From: Burkholderiales bacterium
Lineage (GTDB): Bacteria > Pseudomonadota > Gammaproteobacteria > Burkholderiales > JAHFRG01
DNA: 64,000 nt
NCBI GenBank assembly: GCA_035624615.1
Contig: DASPRE010000066.1
Location: 16,555 to 80,554 of the forward strand
Direction of reading: 5' to 3'
In this document: one piece after another, positions 1-12,885 of the stretch
Position numbering within the stretch: the first letter of the stretch is position 1
Layout of the letters: each line of letters begins with the position of its first letter
Translations under genes and position numbers: made by a program
Notes under the pieces: model-generated
Databases searched by the model: none
What the model was told of the DNA's origin: nothing
The model's input: the letters and a program-made list of their open reading frames with translations, nothing else

Positions 1-1
1 A

Positions 2-817
2 AAACTGGAACCGTTGCGCAACCGGATTAATGACCTGCGCCTCAAGGAGCAGGAAGCCCGCCTCAATGAAGAGCAATATGCCGAGCAGCTTCGGGCAGCC
101 GACGAAGAACAATTGAGCGCTTTGCTGCAGAAAGGCGCAAAAGCCAGCGCGTTACAATTGGAAATTGCACGTCTTGAACAGGCAATTTCTGCTTTGGGTG
201 CAGTCAATTTGGCAGCACTGGAGGAACTGCAAAGCGCCACTGAGCGCAAAACTTATCTTGATGGCCAAGCACAAGATCTTGACGAAGCCGTTCAAACTTT
301 GGAGAGCGCGATCCGCCGCATTGATCGCGAAACTCGGGCCCGGCTTATGGAAACCTTTGACGCCATCAATCGGCATCTTGAGGAAATGTTTCCCCTGCTG
401 TTTGGCGGTGGCAAGGCACGTCTGGTCTTGAGCGGTGACGAGGTGCTCGAAAGCGGGGTGCAAGTAATAGCCCAACCGCCAGGTAAGAAGAATTCCACAA
501 TTCATTTGTTATCGGGTGGAGAAAAGGCGCTAGTTGCCATAGCTCTGATATTCTCACTTTTTCAGCTTAATCCAGCGCCGTTTTGCATGCTGGATGAGGT
601 TGATGCGCCGCTCGACGACACGAACACCGAGAATTTTTGCAAACTGCTGAGAAAAATGTCCGAGCAAACGCAGTTTATATTCGTTAGCCATAATAAAATT
701 ACTATGGAAATCGCGCACCAGCTGATTGGCATTACTATGCAGGAATTGGGGGTGTCGCGAGTCGTTTCGGTGGACATCGAAGAAGCCATGAAACTGAGGG
801 ACGAAGCGGTTGCCTGA
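2..817 (+). CDS. smc: Chromosome segregation protein SMC, C-terminal fragment (5' end lies off the window)
   Basis: The open frame runs from the window edge. A coiled-coil-like E/L/Q/A-rich stretch is followed by the ABC signature LSGGEKALVAIAL and the Walker B/D-loop FCMLDEVDAPLDDTN. The smc-zipA-ligA order is conserved synteny. Confidence 0.85.
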   Translation, partial: KLEPLRNRINDLRLKEQEARLNEEQYAEQLRAADEEQLSALLQKGAKASALQLEIARLEQAISALGAVNLAALEELQSATERKTYLDGQAQDLDEAVQTLESAIRRIDRETRARLMETFDAINRHLEEMFPLLFGGGKARLVLSGDEVLESGVQVIAQPPGKKNSTIHLLSGGEKALVAIALIFSLFQLNPAPFCMLDEVDAPLDDTNTENFCKLLRKMSEQTQFIFVSHNKITMEIAHQLIGITMQELGVSRVVSVDIEEAMKLRDEAVA

Positions 818-828
818 GGCTACAGCTA

Positions 829-1908
829 ATGAGTGACTTGCAGCTCAGCCTTTTACTTATCGGCATATTGATTGTTGTGGCAACCTATTTCTTCAACCGG
901 TTTCAGGAACGAAAATACCGGCGTAAATCCGAATCGGCTTTCGAAAACGATATGCAGGACGTGTTGCTAGGGCCCCAGGGAGCCGCTGGCCCCGTTGACG
1001 ACAGAGTCGAACCACAGTTGCGGGAGCCGGTCATCGCAGAGAAGGACACTGCACTTGAAAAACCGGCCCCAGTTGCTGACAAAGCGCCGGCAGTGCTGGA
1101 CCCGGAAATTATGTTTGTCGCAGAGATGAGCCGGGCCGAGGTGTTTCCTCCAGACGTCGTAAAAACGCTTTTGAAATATATCTTGGAATTTGGACGCCGG
1201 ATTACCTGCCTTGGTTACCGCCAAAAAAATACAACTTGGGAAAAACTTGAGGACGTTACCGAGGCCAAATATACCCGCATAAAGATCGGCCTGCAGCTTG
1301 CAGATCGCTCCGGATTTGTGAACGAGTCGCAGCTCGCGTTATTTTGCGATATGTTGCAAGGTTTCGCAGAGAATTCCGGCGCAGCCATCCAGTTTCCCGA
1401 GCGCAAGACTGCGCTTAGCACTGCGGTGGAACTCGACAAATTCTGCGCGGAGGTGGATATTTCCATCGGGCTGAATGTTATTGCCCAGGAAGGTCAGACC
1501 TTCCATGGAACCAAGCTGCGCGCCTTGAGCGAGGCCGCCGGATTGAGACTTCAGGAAGATGGTGTTTTCCATTGTCTCGACGAACACGGTGAAAGCATGT
1601 TTACTCTGAGCTGCCACGAGGCGGTTTCGTTTACCCCTGAGCAAATCAAAAACCTATCTGTCAGCGGTGTTACGTTTTTGCTGGACGTGCCACGTGTCGC
1701 CTCCGGAATTCGCGTATTTGACCAAATGCTGACGTGCGCCAGACAATTTGCGGCATCGTTGAACGGAATTCTTGTGGACGATAACCGCATTCCGCTGAAC
1801 GACTCGGGTATCGAAACAATTCGTCAACAGTTACGTGCCGTTTACACGGCAATGGATCAGCGCAATATCAGCGCCGGCAGCTCCCGCGCCCTAAGACTGT
1901 TCTCCTGA
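829..1908 (+). CDS. zipA: Cell division protein ZipA
   Basis: It has an N-terminal TM anchor (LSLLLIGILIVVATYFF) followed by a basic patch, a P/A/E-rich linker and a C-terminal globular domain. It sits between smc and ligA, as in beta- and gammaproteobacteria. Confidence 0.75.
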   Translation: MSDLQLSLLLIGILIVVATYFFNRFQERKYRRKSESAFENDMQDVLLGPQGAAGPVDDRVEPQLREPVIAEKDTALEKPAPVADKAPAVLDPEIMFVAEMSRAEVFPPDVVKTLLKYILEFGRRITCLGYRQKNTTWEKLEDVTEAKYTRIKIGLQLADRSGFVNESQLALFCDMLQGFAENSGAAIQFPERKTALSTAVELDKFCAEVDISIGLNVIAQEGQTFHGTKLRALSEAAGLRLQEDGVFHCLDEHGESMFTLSCHEAVSFTPEQIKNLSVSGVTFLLDVPRVASGIRVFDQMLTCARQFAASLNGILVDDNRIPLNDSGIETIRQQLRAVYTAMDQRNISAGSSRALRLFS

Positions 1909-3930
<2,022 letters not shown>

Positions 3931-3931
3931 C

Positions 3932-4849
3932 ATGGAATTAAAAAAGAAAACCCCCAATCGAATCCGCAAAGCGGTATTTCCGGTCGCCGGTATGGGCACC
4001 CGTTTTTTGCCGGCGACCAAGGCCAGCCCCAAGGAAATGTTGCCCGTTGTCGATAGGCCCTTGATTCAATATGCGGTTGAGGAAGCGCTGCAGGCGGGAA
4101 TTATCGAATTGGTGTTTATTACCGGCCGAGGCAAACGCGCCATTGAGGACCATTTCGACGAAGATGATGCCATCGAAGCGAAGCTGCAAGCAAAGGGCAA
4201 ACAGGAGCTGCTCAAATCGGTGCAAAACATCATACCGAAATACGCCAGCTGTACTTATGTCCGTCAACCCAGGGCGCTCGGGTTAGGGCATGCCGTGCTG
4301 TGTGCAGCAAACGTCATTGGCGATGAGCCTTTCGCGGTGATCCTTGCAGATGACCTGATAGACAGCAATCCGTCCGCAATTGAGCAGATGACAAAAATTT
4401 ACCGCGCTCATAGGTGTTCAGTATTAGGCGTGCAAAAGGTCACGCAGCAGGACGCCTCGCAATACGGGATCGTTAAAAGCAGGTTACTCGCGGCTCCAAG
4501 ACTTCATGTAATCGCCGGTATCGTGGAAAAACCTAAGCCCGGCAAAGCGCCTTCGAACCTCGGCGTGGTGGGTCGCTACATTCTGACACCGCGGATATTT
4601 CACCACTTGCGTAGAGTGAAACCTGGCACGGGCGGAGAAATTCAACTCACCGATGGAATCGCCTCGTTGCTTAAGGAGGAAAAAGTATTTGCGTATGAAT
4701 TTGACGGCACACGCTACGACTGCGGTTCCAAGCTGGGCTACCTGAAGGCCACCTTGGCGTATGCGGTAAAACATCCTGAGGTGGGAGAAGAATTCAGCTC
4801 CTATCTTTCGTCACTGGGCTGTCGTTTGCCTAAATCGGGTCGGGTATAA
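3932..4849 (+). CDS. galU: UTP--glucose-1-phosphate uridylyltransferase
   Basis: It has the N-terminal motif [34 protein letters not shown], plus [13 protein letters not shown] and VEKP, all typical of GalU. Confidence 0.9.
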   Translation: MELKKKTPNRIRKAVFPVAGMGTRFLPATKASPKEMLPVVDRPLIQYAVEEALQAGIIELVFITGRGKRAIEDHFDEDDAIEAKLQAKGKQELLKSVQNIIPKYASCTYVRQPRALGLGHAVLCAANVIGDEPFAVILADDLIDSNPSAIEQMTKIYRAHRCSVLGVQKVTQQDASQYGIVKSRLLAAPRLHVIAGIVEKPKPGKAPSNLGVVGRYILTPRIFHHLRRVKPGTGGEIQLTDGIASLLKEEKVFAYEFDGTRYDCGSKLGYLKATLAYAVKHPEVGEEFSSYLSSLGCRLPKSGRV

Positions 4850-4879
4850 TTTGCAAGCCCAACTTCTGCTGTCGCTCGA

Positions 4880-5425
4880 GTGAAGCTTACCTACCAAAAA
4901 GCTCGGGATATTCTCAAATCCTCGGAACAGGTGTGCTCTGCGGCTGTTGTGTCTGAAGCGGTAAAGCGCGTGGCAACGGAGATTTCCGCGAAACTTTCCG
5001 AAAAACAGCCACTGGTATTGAGCGTGATGGGGGGATCGGTGGTGTTTACAGGGCATTTGCTTCCGCTACTCAATTTTCCGATGGATTTTGATTACATTCA
5101 CGTATCGCGGTACGACGACGATACCCGTGGTGGAGAAATTGACTGGAAGGTCGTGCCGCGGGAAAACGTAAAGGGAAGGACGATATTGGTGCTGGACGAC
5201 ATTCTCGATGAAGGACAGACACTTGCCGCGATTCGCGACAGAATCTTGGGCGCCGGTGCAACTTGCTTTTTCAGCGCAGTGCTTGCCAATAAAGACACCG
5301 GAAAACCCAAGCCGATACAGGCGGATTTTGTGGGAGTAACCGTGCCCAACCGCTATGTTTTCGGATACGGCATGGACGTTTACGGGGCGTGGCGCAATTT
5401 GCCGGCCATCTATGCGCTAAAATAA
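4880..5425 (+). CDS. hpt: Hypoxanthine/guanine phosphoribosyltransferase-family protein
   Basis: 181 aa with a GTG start. It has the PRPP-binding motif TILVLDDILDEGQTL and type I PRTase architecture. It lies next to an MTAP-family phosphorylase, forming a purine salvage pair. Confidence 0.75.
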   Translation: MKLTYQKARDILKSSEQVCSAAVVSEAVKRVATEISAKLSEKQPLVLSVMGGSVVFTGHLLPLLNFPMDFDYIHVSRYDDDTRGGEIDWKVVPRENVKGRTILVLDDILDEGQTLAAIRDRILGAGATCFFSAVLANKDTGKPKPIQADFVGVTVPNRYVFGYGMDVYGAWRNLPAIYALK

Positions 5426-5458
5426 ACGGTTTTCTAATTCTTCACGGGTTACCTCAGC

Positions 5459-6205
5459 ATGCTCGCAATTATCGGCGGGACCGGTCTCACCCGACTCGCC
5501 AACCTAGAAATGCCGCACCAAAGAGTAATTCGCACCCCTTATGGTGAACCGTCGGGCGCGCTGACTTTCGGCAAGATCAGAGGGCACGACGTGATCTTTC
5601 TGGCGCGTCACGGTTATGGCCATACCATACCGCCGCATCAGGTGAATTACCGGGCCAATATCTGGGCGCTGCATACGCAGCACGTCACTCACGTGGTATC
5701 GGTGGCTTCAGTTGGCGGTATTCGCCCAGATTTGACGCCGGGCACTATCGCCATTCCCGCGCAAATAATCGATTACACCCACGGGCGCCAATCGACTTTT
5801 TTTGACAGCACGGAAAAACCGGTCACGCACATAGATTTCACCTGGCCATATTGCGAACCGTTGCGTCAGCGACTGATAATTGCGGCAGAAAACGCCAAAC
5901 AAAAAACAGTGAATGGCGGTGTGTATGGCGCCACTCAGGGTCCGCGCCTAGAAAGCGCCGCGGAGATTAGCCGCCTTGAAAGGGACGGTGCTGATATGGT
6001 GGGCATGACCGGCATGCCCGAGGCGGCGCTCGCCAAGGAACTAGAGATGTGCTATGCGACTATTGCAGTGGTGGCGAATTACGCCGCAGGCAAGGGTGCA
6101 AGTAAACGGGAAATCCAGTTCGAAAACCTCGAGTCCACCATGCAAGAATCGTTGGATCGGGTGAAAACTATTCTTGAAAAATTAATTGAGCGCAATGGCG
6201 GTTAA
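5459..6205 (+). CDS. MTAP-family purine nucleoside phosphorylase (S-methyl-5'-thioadenosine/thioinosine phosphorylase)
   Basis: It shows [32 protein letters not shown] and [15 protein letters not shown], all typical of the MTAP/PNP family. Confidence 0.8.
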   Translation: MLAIIGGTGLTRLANLEMPHQRVIRTPYGEPSGALTFGKIRGHDVIFLARHGYGHTIPPHQVNYRANIWALHTQHVTHVVSVASVGGIRPDLTPGTIAIPAQIIDYTHGRQSTFFDSTEKPVTHIDFTWPYCEPLRQRLIIAAENAKQKTVNGGVYGATQGPRLESAAEISRLERDGADMVGMTGMPEAALAKELEMCYATIAVVANYAAGKGASKREIQFENLESTMQESLDRVKTILEKLIERNGG

Positions 6206-6728
6206 AACGGTATTGAAAATGGGCGATCCGCGCCTGCTTGAACTTTCGAAACCAGTCACGGCATTTGACAAGCCGGAGTTGCACCAGCTGATTCAGGACA
6301 TGCGCGATACCATGGACGCTCTGAACGGCGCGGGACTTGCGGCGCCGCAAATCGGCATCAGCCTCCAGGTAGTGATTTTTGGTGTGACTCGCAACCCGCG
6401 GTATCCAGACGCCGAAGAAGTGCCATATACGGTGCTAATTAATCCCAACATCGAGCCTTTGGACCAGGAAATGGAAGAGGAGTGGGAAGGTTGCCTGAGC
6501 ATTCCCGGAATGCGCGGCCTGGTGCCCCGTTACAGGCACTTGCGCTATCAGGGTTATGATCAGTATGGCAAGATCATAGAGCGCACTGTGAGCGGATTTC
6601 ATGCGCGTGTCGTGCAGCATGAATGCGATCACGTACAGGGAATACTCTATCCGATGCGAATCCGGGACATGCGCAATTTTGGCTACAGTGAAGTGCTGTT
6701 TCCTGGCCAGCTCGCCCAGGAGGAGTAG
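6195..6728 (+). CDS. def: Peptide deformylase
   Basis: It has the motifs [16 protein letters not shown] and QHECDH. The start was moved to ATG 6195 (the ORF track begins at TTG 6186). It overlaps the upstream gene by 11 nt. Confidence 0.9.
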   Translation: MAVKTVLKMGDPRLLELSKPVTAFDKPELHQLIQDMRDTMDALNGAGLAAPQIGISLQVVIFGVTRNPRYPDAEEVPYTVLINPNIEPLDQEMEEEWEGCLSIPGMRGLVPRYRHLRYQGYDQYGKIIERTVSGFHARVVQHECDHVQGILYPMRIRDMRNFGYSEVLFPGQLAQEE

Positions 6729-6735
6729 GCGTTTT

Positions 6736-9330
6736 CTAGACTGATAGCGCTTCCAACAGATCGGCTTCCAGCCGTACCACGGCTTTGGAATCGATGAGCA
6801 CGTCTCCGCTGATGAGAAATACGTCTTCGGCCCGCTCGCCGAGCGTGTTAATTTTCGCAGAGTGAACGTCGATGCCGTGATTCACAAGAACTCGCGCAAT
6901 ACTGTAGAGCAACCCCGGGCGGTCTCCCGCAGTGACGGAAAGCACGTGGTAGGCGCCTCTCTCGTCCTGCCTGATGCTCACTTCAGGCGCAATGGGAAAA
7001 TGTTTCACATGGCGGCTCAAGCGACCTTTGACCGGCGGCTCCAGCGGCGCCTGTACTGCAATGCGTCGGGCCAGTTCACTCTCAACGAATCCAATCAGAT
7101 CCCGATAATGACCGGTCTTATTCAAGGGATCGAGCACCAGGAAGCTGTCGAGCGCATAGTTGTGGCGCGTGGTATGGATCTTGGCTTCAACGATATTGTA
7201 ATTGATGCGCTCAAAAAATCCGCAGATACGCGCAAACAATCCTTGCTGGTCAGGCGTATAAATCAATACCTGCAAGCCTTCGCCGATGGGCGAGAGCCGT
7301 GCTTTAACCACTGGTGACTGCGTGCGCACCTTCGCCCAAAGTTGTCGTGTATGCCAGGCAATTTCTTGGGCGTCATGGTGCAGGAAATAAGCAGTGTCGA
7401 GCTCCGACCACAGCGCTTCATGCGCATCGTCGCGCAAAGCATAAAGGCGGATTATTTCAAGCGCATCGGTTTGCCGCGATTGCAAATGCATATCGTGCGG
7501 CGCGGTGTCTCCGCTTAACCGCCGGCGCGTCGCCCAAAACAAATCTTCCAGGAGCTTGGCTTTCCAGGCATTCCACACATGGGGGCTGGTGCCCCGGATA
7601 TCTGCCACGGTGAGCAGATATAAGGCAATAAGCCGGCGCTCGCTGCCGGCACGTGAGGCAAACGTGGATATCACTTTGGGGTCGGACAAGTCATTTTTCT
7701 GCGCCGTAGATGACATGACCAGGTGATTTTCCACCAGCCATGCTACCAGATCGGTGTCTTCGGTACTTAGTCCGTGCTGCTTGCAGAAGCGCTTGGCGTC
7801 AACACTGCCCAGATGCGAATGGTCGCCGCCGCGGCCTTTGGCGATGTCGTGAAACAAACCGGCGAGAATCAACACTTCCTGCCCTTGAAACTCGCTCATC
7901 AGGCGGCTGCACAAAGGGTACTCATGAGCGAATTCCGACATGGTAAAGCGCCGCAGGTTGCGCACCACCCGCAAAATGTGTTCATCGACGGTGTAAACAT
8001 GGAACAAGTCATGCTGCATCTGGCCGACGACTCGCCCGAATGCCGGGAGGTAACGCCCAAGAATACCGTACCGGTTCATTCTGCGGAGTTCACGAGTAAT
8101 ACCGGTGGGCTGGCGCAATATTTTCATGAAAACCACCCGGTTTCTCGGGTCGCGCCGAAAGGCTTGATTGACTTTTCCCCTGGCGCGCCACAGCGCGCGC
8201 AGGGTCGGGGCGTTCATATCCTTAAGTTCCGGATATTGCTGCAGCAGCAAGAAACTTTCTAATATCGCTGAAGGCTCTCGTACGAATAAACCCTCGGAAC
8301 GAGCTTCCAGCAGCTCGCCGCACTGCTGGAAACGCTCATTGAGTTGCACGGCAGGGACCGAAACAGTGGGAGTGATTCTGGAGCGCAGGTTTTGCAGTAA
8401 TATAGTATTGAGCTGGGCGACCGATTTGGCGGTGCGGTAGTAATGCTGCATCAAAATTTCGCTGGCACGGTAATTGGTGGTATCGCTCAAACCCAATTGC
8501 TGGGCCAGTGCGCCCTGGTAATCGAACAATAGACGGTCTTCCCGGCGGCCGGCAAGGTAGTGCAGGCGGATTCTCAGATCTTGCAGGAACAATTCGTGGT
8601 CTTTGATTTGTCGCGCTTCGTGCAGGGTAATCAAGGCATGCTTGGCCAAGGCTTGCCAGGACGTGCCCAAACCGCAGGCCTGGCTGATCCATAAAATATT
8701 CTGCAGATCTCGCAAGCCTCCGGGGCTTTCCTTTAGGTTAGGTTCCAAGTTATTTGCGGTATCGTAAAAACGCGCGTGGCGCTGATCCTGTTCCAGTTGT
8801 TTGGCGTGGAAAAAAACTGTGCTGTCCATTACTGTGAGCATTGCATCCGAGAACTTCTTAAATAGCCCAGGACTGCCGTAGAGCAAACGCGCTTCCATCA
8901 ATGTGGTTTGAACAGTAACATCTTTCCGCGCTTGTTCCTGACATTCTGGTATCGTGCGCACGCTGTGGCCCACTTCCAAGCCAATGTCCCACAGCAGGCT
9001 GATGAACCTCTCCAATTGTCCCCGCAAGATTAGGTCCGCGTCGTTCCTGAGCAGAACCAGCAGGTCGATATCCGAATAAGGGAAAAGCTGCTTGCGCCCG
9101 TAACCACCTACCGCGAGTAACGAAAGTGTTCTGGGTAAATCCAAAACCCGGCAAATGTTTTGCAATATTCCATCTATCAATCGGCGGTGAGCATTAGTCA
9201 GGCGCGGAGGAAAAGGGTGACTTTGGTACTCGCCTTGCAGTGCCGATCTCCGCTCAACGAGGAGTTGCTTCCACTGGCTCAGCGTGATTCCGGTCTCTGC
9301 CGCTGCGGAAAGAGAGCTTGATGTGAGCAT
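6736..9330 (-). CDS. glnD: [Protein-PII] uridylyltransferase/uridylyl-removing enzyme GlnD
   Basis: 864 aa. It has a nucleotidyltransferase domain (GGYGRKQLFPYSDIDLLVL), an HD domain (LFHDIAKGRGGDHS) and two C-terminal ACT-like domains. Confidence 0.95.
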   Translation of the reverse strand: MLTSSSLSAAAETGITLSQWKQLLVERRSALQGEYQSHPFPPRLTNAHRRLIDGILQNICRVLDLPRTLSLLAVGGYGRKQLFPYSDIDLLVLLRNDADLILRGQLERFISLLWDIGLEVGHSVRTIPECQEQARKDVTVQTTLMEARLLYGSPGLFKKFSDAMLTVMDSTVFFHAKQLEQDQRHARFYDTANNLEPNLKESPGGLRDLQNILWISQACGLGTSWQALAKHALITLHEARQIKDHELFLQDLRIRLHYLAGRREDRLLFDYQGALAQQLGLSDTTNYRASEILMQHYYRTAKSVAQLNTILLQNLRSRITPTVSVPAVQLNERFQQCGELLEARSEGLFVREPSAILESFLLLQQYPELKDMNAPTLRALWRARGKVNQAFRRDPRNRVVFMKILRQPTGITRELRRMNRYGILGRYLPAFGRVVGQMQHDLFHVYTVDEHILRVVRNLRRFTMSEFAHEYPLCSRLMSEFQGQEVLILAGLFHDIAKGRGGDHSHLGSVDAKRFCKQHGLSTEDTDLVAWLVENHLVMSSTAQKNDLSDPKVISTFASRAGSERRLIALYLLTVADIRGTSPHVWNAWKAKLLEDLFWATRRRLSGDTAPHDMHLQSRQTDALEIIRLYALRDDAHEALWSELDTAYFLHHDAQEIAWHTRQLWAKVRTQSPVVKARLSPIGEGLQVLIYTPDQQGLFARICGFFERINYNIVEAKIHTTRHNYALDSFLVLDPLNKTGHYRDLIGFVESELARRIAVQAPLEPPVKGRLSRHVKHFPIAPEVSIRQDERGAYHVLSVTAGDRPGLLYSIARVLVNHGIDVHSAKINTLGERAEDVFLISGDVLIDSKAVVRLEADLLEALSV

Positions 9331-9336
9331 AAGCCA

Positions 9337-10131
9337 TTAATGCGCCGGCTTTGCGGGCGCACCCTCCGATAGCGTCAGCACCTCGTAGCCTGTTTCAGTT
9401 ACCAATACCGTGTGCTCCCACTGCGCTGACAAGCTATGATCCTTGGTAACGATGGTCCATCCGTCCTTAAGCTGGCGAATGTCGGGCCTTCCGGCATTGA
9501 TCATCGGCTCAATCGTGAAAGTCATGCCTGGCGTAAGCGGCAAACCCGTTCCCGGCCTGCCATAATGCAGGATCTGCGGTTCCTCGTGAAAGTTCTGGCC
9601 TATCCCGTGCCCACAGAATTCGCGTACCACGCTGTAGCCGTTACTTTCTGCGTGGAATTGGATGACATAGCCAACATCTCCTAAATGGGCTCCGGGTTTA
9701 ACTGCTTCTATTCCAAGCCACATGCACTGATAAGTGACTTCGCACAGTCTTTTCGCCTGAATCGAGGGCTCACCCACGCAGAACATGCGACTGGTATCGC
9801 CATGGTAGCCGTCTTTGATTACCGTAATGTCGATATTGAGGATGTCTCCGGGCTTCAGTCTTTTGTCGCCAGGGACGCCATGACACACCACGTGATTCAC
9901 TGAGGTGCAGATGGAGCGTGGATAAGGCGCGTAACCAGGCGGCGCGTAATTCAGCGGAGCCGGCACGGTTTGCTGAATGTTGACCATATAATCGTGGCAC
10001 AGATGGTCCAGTTCAGCGGTCGTAATTCCCGGCTTTACAAATGGAGTGATGTAATCCAGCACTTCGCCAGCGAGTCTTCCAGCAACACGCATTTTTTCGA
10101 TTTCGTCCCGGGATTTGATACTGATTGCCAT
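9337..10131 (-). CDS. map: Methionine aminopeptidase, type I
   Basis: 264 aa. The metal-ligand context is present (VCHGVPG, LNIDITV, GHGIG, FTIEPM, WEHTVLVT). The glnD-map pair is divergent from rpsB, which is conserved synteny. Confidence 0.95.
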   Translation of the reverse strand: MAISIKSRDEIEKMRVAGRLAGEVLDYITPFVKPGITTAELDHLCHDYMVNIQQTVPAPLNYAPPGYAPYPRSICTSVNHVVCHGVPGDKRLKPGDILNIDITVIKDGYHGDTSRMFCVGEPSIQAKRLCEVTYQCMWLGIEAVKPGAHLGDVGYVIQFHAESNGYSVVREFCGHGIGQNFHEEPQILHYGRPGTGLPLTPGMTFTIEPMINAGRPDIRQLKDGWTIVTKDHSLSAQWEHTVLVTETGYEVLTLSEGAPAKPAH

Positions 10132-10240
10132 ATCCGCTGTTTGCCAAAAGTTTTAAGAATAGTGCAACGTACCAGAGAAGGCAATTTAAGTGGCGCACCG
10201 GAAATTGACCGGGCTCCAACCCACCGCTGCCGCATCGTTA

Positions 10241-10270
10241 TTGAGCCTTAGGGCTAAGAAATGTTATAAT
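10241..10270 (+). promoter_or_regulatory. Candidate sigma70 extended -10 promoter for rpsB-tsf
   Basis: TTGAGC (10241-10246), an 18-nt spacer, then TGtTATAAT (10262-10270). It lies in an AT-rich tract about 175 nt upstream of the rpsB ATG. Confidence 0.45.
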
Positions 10271-10280
10271 TTTTAATTAA

Positions 10281-10318
10281 TTTAGCTTTGTATCGGAAGT
10301 ATTATCAGCAAAGCTAAA
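10281..10318 (+). repeat. Perfect 10-bp inverted repeat (hairpin) at the start of the putative rpsB leader
   Basis: TTTAGCTTTG (10281-10290) and CAAAGCTAAA (10309-10318) are exact reverse complements separated by 18 nt. Confidence 0.7.
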
Positions 10319-10443
10319 AATTCCCACACCCGCAAGGTACAGGGTGCTCGTTCGCGAGTGATGATGATTGGGCGGGTGGAGGCCCGGAGCCCCAGACGAG
10401 GACGAACTCACAGGCTCCCTAACCCTTACAGGAGAACTTTGTC

Positions 10444-11190
10444 ATGTCGGTCACTATGCGGCAGATGCTGGAAGCCGGTGTTCATTTTGGGCATCAAACT
10501 CGATACTGGAATCCCAAAATGGCGCCTTATATCTTCGGCCATCGCAACAAAATTCATATCATCAACCTAGAAAAATCCTTAGTGCTTTACCAGGAAGCAC
10601 TCAAGTTTTTGCGTGATCTCGCAGCCAACAAGGGAACGATATTGTTCGTCGGCGCCAAACGCCAAGCGCGGGAAATTATCAAGGAAGAAGCGTTGCGCTG
10701 CGGCGCTCCTTATGTAGATTACAGGTGGCTGGGCGGCATGCTGACCAATTTCAAGACCGTGAAGCAGTCCATCAAGCGCCTCAAAGAAATGCAAAACATG
10801 GCGCAGGACGGTACTCTTGACAAGATGCCCAAGAAAGAAGCTCTTGGCTACCAGCGTGAAATGGCGAAACTCGAGCGCAGCCTCGGCGGTATCAAGGACA
10901 TGAATGGCCTTCCGGATGCATTGTTCGTGATCGACATCGGCTACCAGAAAGGCGCGGTGGCGGAAGCTAACAAGCTTGGCATCCCCGTGGTTGGTGTTGT
11001 AGATACCAACCACAACCCGGAAAACATTGCTTACGTAATACCCGGAAATGATGATTCAAGTCGTGCGATACGCCTTTATGCCCGTGGGGCGGCCGATGCC
11101 ATTTTGGAGGGACGCAGCCAGATTATCCGTGAGATTGTCAGCGACGAATTCGTGGAACTCGAGCCCGCAGAAGAACGATCCATTGAGTAA
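10444..11190 (+). CDS. rpsB: 30S ribosomal protein S2
   Basis: The N-terminus is [25 protein letters not shown]. An AGGAGA Shine-Dalgarno precedes the ATG. The gene is followed by tsf. Confidence 0.97.
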   Translation: MSVTMRQMLEAGVHFGHQTRYWNPKMAPYIFGHRNKIHIINLEKSLVLYQEALKFLRDLAANKGTILFVGAKRQAREIIKEEALRCGAPYVDYRWLGGMLTNFKTVKQSIKRLKEMQNMAQDGTLDKMPKKEALGYQREMAKLERSLGGIKDMNGLPDALFVIDIGYQKGAVAEANKLGIPVVGVVDTNHNPENIAYVIPGNDDSSRAIRLYARGAADAILEGRSQIIREIVSDEFVELEPAEERSIE

Positions 11191-11192
11191 AC

Positions 11193-11218
11193 AAAAAAGG
11201 GGCGTAGGCCCCTTTTTT
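11193..11218 (+). terminator. Rho-independent terminator/attenuator between rpsB and tsf
   Basis: An A-run is followed by the stem GGGGC (11199-11203), the loop GTAG, the stem GCCCC (11208-11212) and T6 (11213-11218). It starts 3 nt after the rpsB stop. Confidence 0.7.
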
Positions 11219-11241
11219 AAAATGTACATCCGGAGCAAAGC

Positions 11242-12123
11242 ATGGCACAAGTCACCGCAAGCATGGTGAAAGAGTTACGCGAAATGACAGGGCTCGGCAT
11301 GATGGAGTGCAAAAAAGCGCTCGCCGAAGCGAACGGCGACATTAAAGCGGCGGAAAACCTGCTGCGCATTAAGAGCGGCGCGAAAGCAAGCAAGGTGGCC
11401 GGGCGCATTGCGGCGGAAGGCGCGGTTGGTGCCTACGTGAGCCCAGGAGGAAAAACAGCAGCACTGGTGGAAGTGAACTGCGAGACCGATTTTGTGGCGA
11501 AAGATACCCATTTCAAGGATTTTGTCTCAACGGTAGCGCAATGCATTGCAGAAACGAACCCGGCGACTAATGAGGTACTTGCTGAAACCAAGCTTAGTTC
11601 GGGAGAAACGGTCGAGGGCGCACGCAAGGCGCTGGTGATGAAGCTCGGTGAAAACATCAATGTCCGCCGCTATGCTCGGGTGCAGACTGCGGGCCATGTG
11701 TCGTTCTACGTGCATGGTAATAAGATCGGTGTGCTCGTGGATTACCAGGGCGGCGACGAGGTTCTGGGCAAGAACTTAGCGATGCATATTGCGGCGAATA
11801 AGCCGCTTTGCGTATCCAAACAGCAGGTGCCTGCCGAGATCATCGCCAAAGAACGCGAAATCTACTTGGCACAGGCAGCGGAGTCCGGGAAACCCGCAAA
11901 CATCATTGAAAAAATGGTGGACGGGAAAATTGCCAAGTACCTCGCCGAAGTCACCTTGCTCGGCCAGCCTTTTGTGAGAGACCCAGAGCAAACCGTGGAG
12001 AAGCTGCTCGCAGCAAGGGGCGCCCGCGTAAACGCATTTTATCTTTTCGTGGTAGGCGAGGGTATTAAGAAGAAAAGCGGCGATTTTGCAGCCGAAGTCA
12101 TGGCGCAAGTTGGGCGTGCATGA
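11242..12123 (+). CDS. tsf: Elongation factor Ts
   Basis: It has the UBA-like N-terminus [19 protein letters not shown] and the conserved [13 protein letters not shown]. Confidence 0.97.
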   Translation: MAQVTASMVKELREMTGLGMMECKKALAEANGDIKAAENLLRIKSGAKASKVAGRIAAEGAVGAYVSPGGKTAALVEVNCETDFVAKDTHFKDFVSTVAQCIAETNPATNEVLAETKLSSGETVEGARKALVMKLGENINVRRYARVQTAGHVSFYVHGNKIGVLVDYQGGDEVLGKNLAMHIAANKPLCVSKQQVPAEIIAKEREIYLAQAAESGKPANIIEKMVDGKIAKYLAEVTLLGQPFVRDPEQTVEKLLAARGARVNAFYLFVVGEGIKKKSGDFAAEVMAQVGRA

Positions 12124-12842
12124 CCTCGACTGCCCCGGCATACCGGCGCATCCTGCTGAAACTCAGCGGAGAAGCGTTAATGGGGGACGATAGGTACGGC
12201 ATCAATCGCGCCACGCTAGAGCGCATCGTCTCGGAAATTGACGAAGTAGTAAAACTCCGGGTGCAGGTGGCGGTGGTGATTGGCGGAGGAAATATCTTTC
12301 GCGGTGTCGCTCCCGGCGCATCCGGCATGGACCGTGCGACCGCGGATTACATGGGCATGCTAGCCACCGTCATTAACGCGCTTGCATTGCAGGACGTGAT
12401 GCGCCAAGCAGGACTCAACAGTCGAGTCCAATCAGCACTCAACATTGAACAGGTGGTCGAGCCTTATATCCGAGGTAAGGCCATACGCTACCTTGAGGAG
12501 GGAAAAGTAGTGATATTCGCCGCAGGAACGGGTAATCCGTTTTTTACCACTGATACCGCGGCGGCACTGAGAGGCATGGAAATGAATGTGGACATTGTGC
12601 TGAAAGCGACCAAGGTGGACGGTGTATACACGGAAGATCCGAAGACCCACTCGGATGCGATGCGCTATCAGAAACTTTCTTTTGACGAAGCTATTGTTAA
12701 AAACCTGAAAGTGATGGACGCAACCGCGTTGACGCTTTGCCGCGATCAGAAACTCCCGGTCAACGTGTTCAGCATTTTAAAACCCTGTGCACTAAAACGC
12801 GTCGTGTTGGGTGAAGACGAGGGAACACTAGTACACTCCTGA
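12120..12842 (+). CDS. pyrH: UMP kinase
   Basis: It shows [24 protein letters not shown] and DGVYTEDP. There is an ATGA overlap with tsf. Confidence 0.95.
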   Translation: MTSTAPAYRRILLKLSGEALMGDDRYGINRATLERIVSEIDEVVKLRVQVAVVIGGGNIFRGVAPGASGMDRATADYMGMLATVINALALQDVMRQAGLNSRVQSALNIEQVVEPYIRGKAIRYLEEGKVVIFAAGTGNPFFTTDTAAALRGMEMNVDIVLKATKVDGVYTEDPKTHSDAMRYQKLSFDEAIVKNLKVMDATALTLCRDQKLPVNVFSILKPCALKRVVLGEDEGTLVHS

Positions 12843-12885
12843 TCCTCAGGCTGGGCTATAATCCCGGTAACGATAAGGAAGTAGC

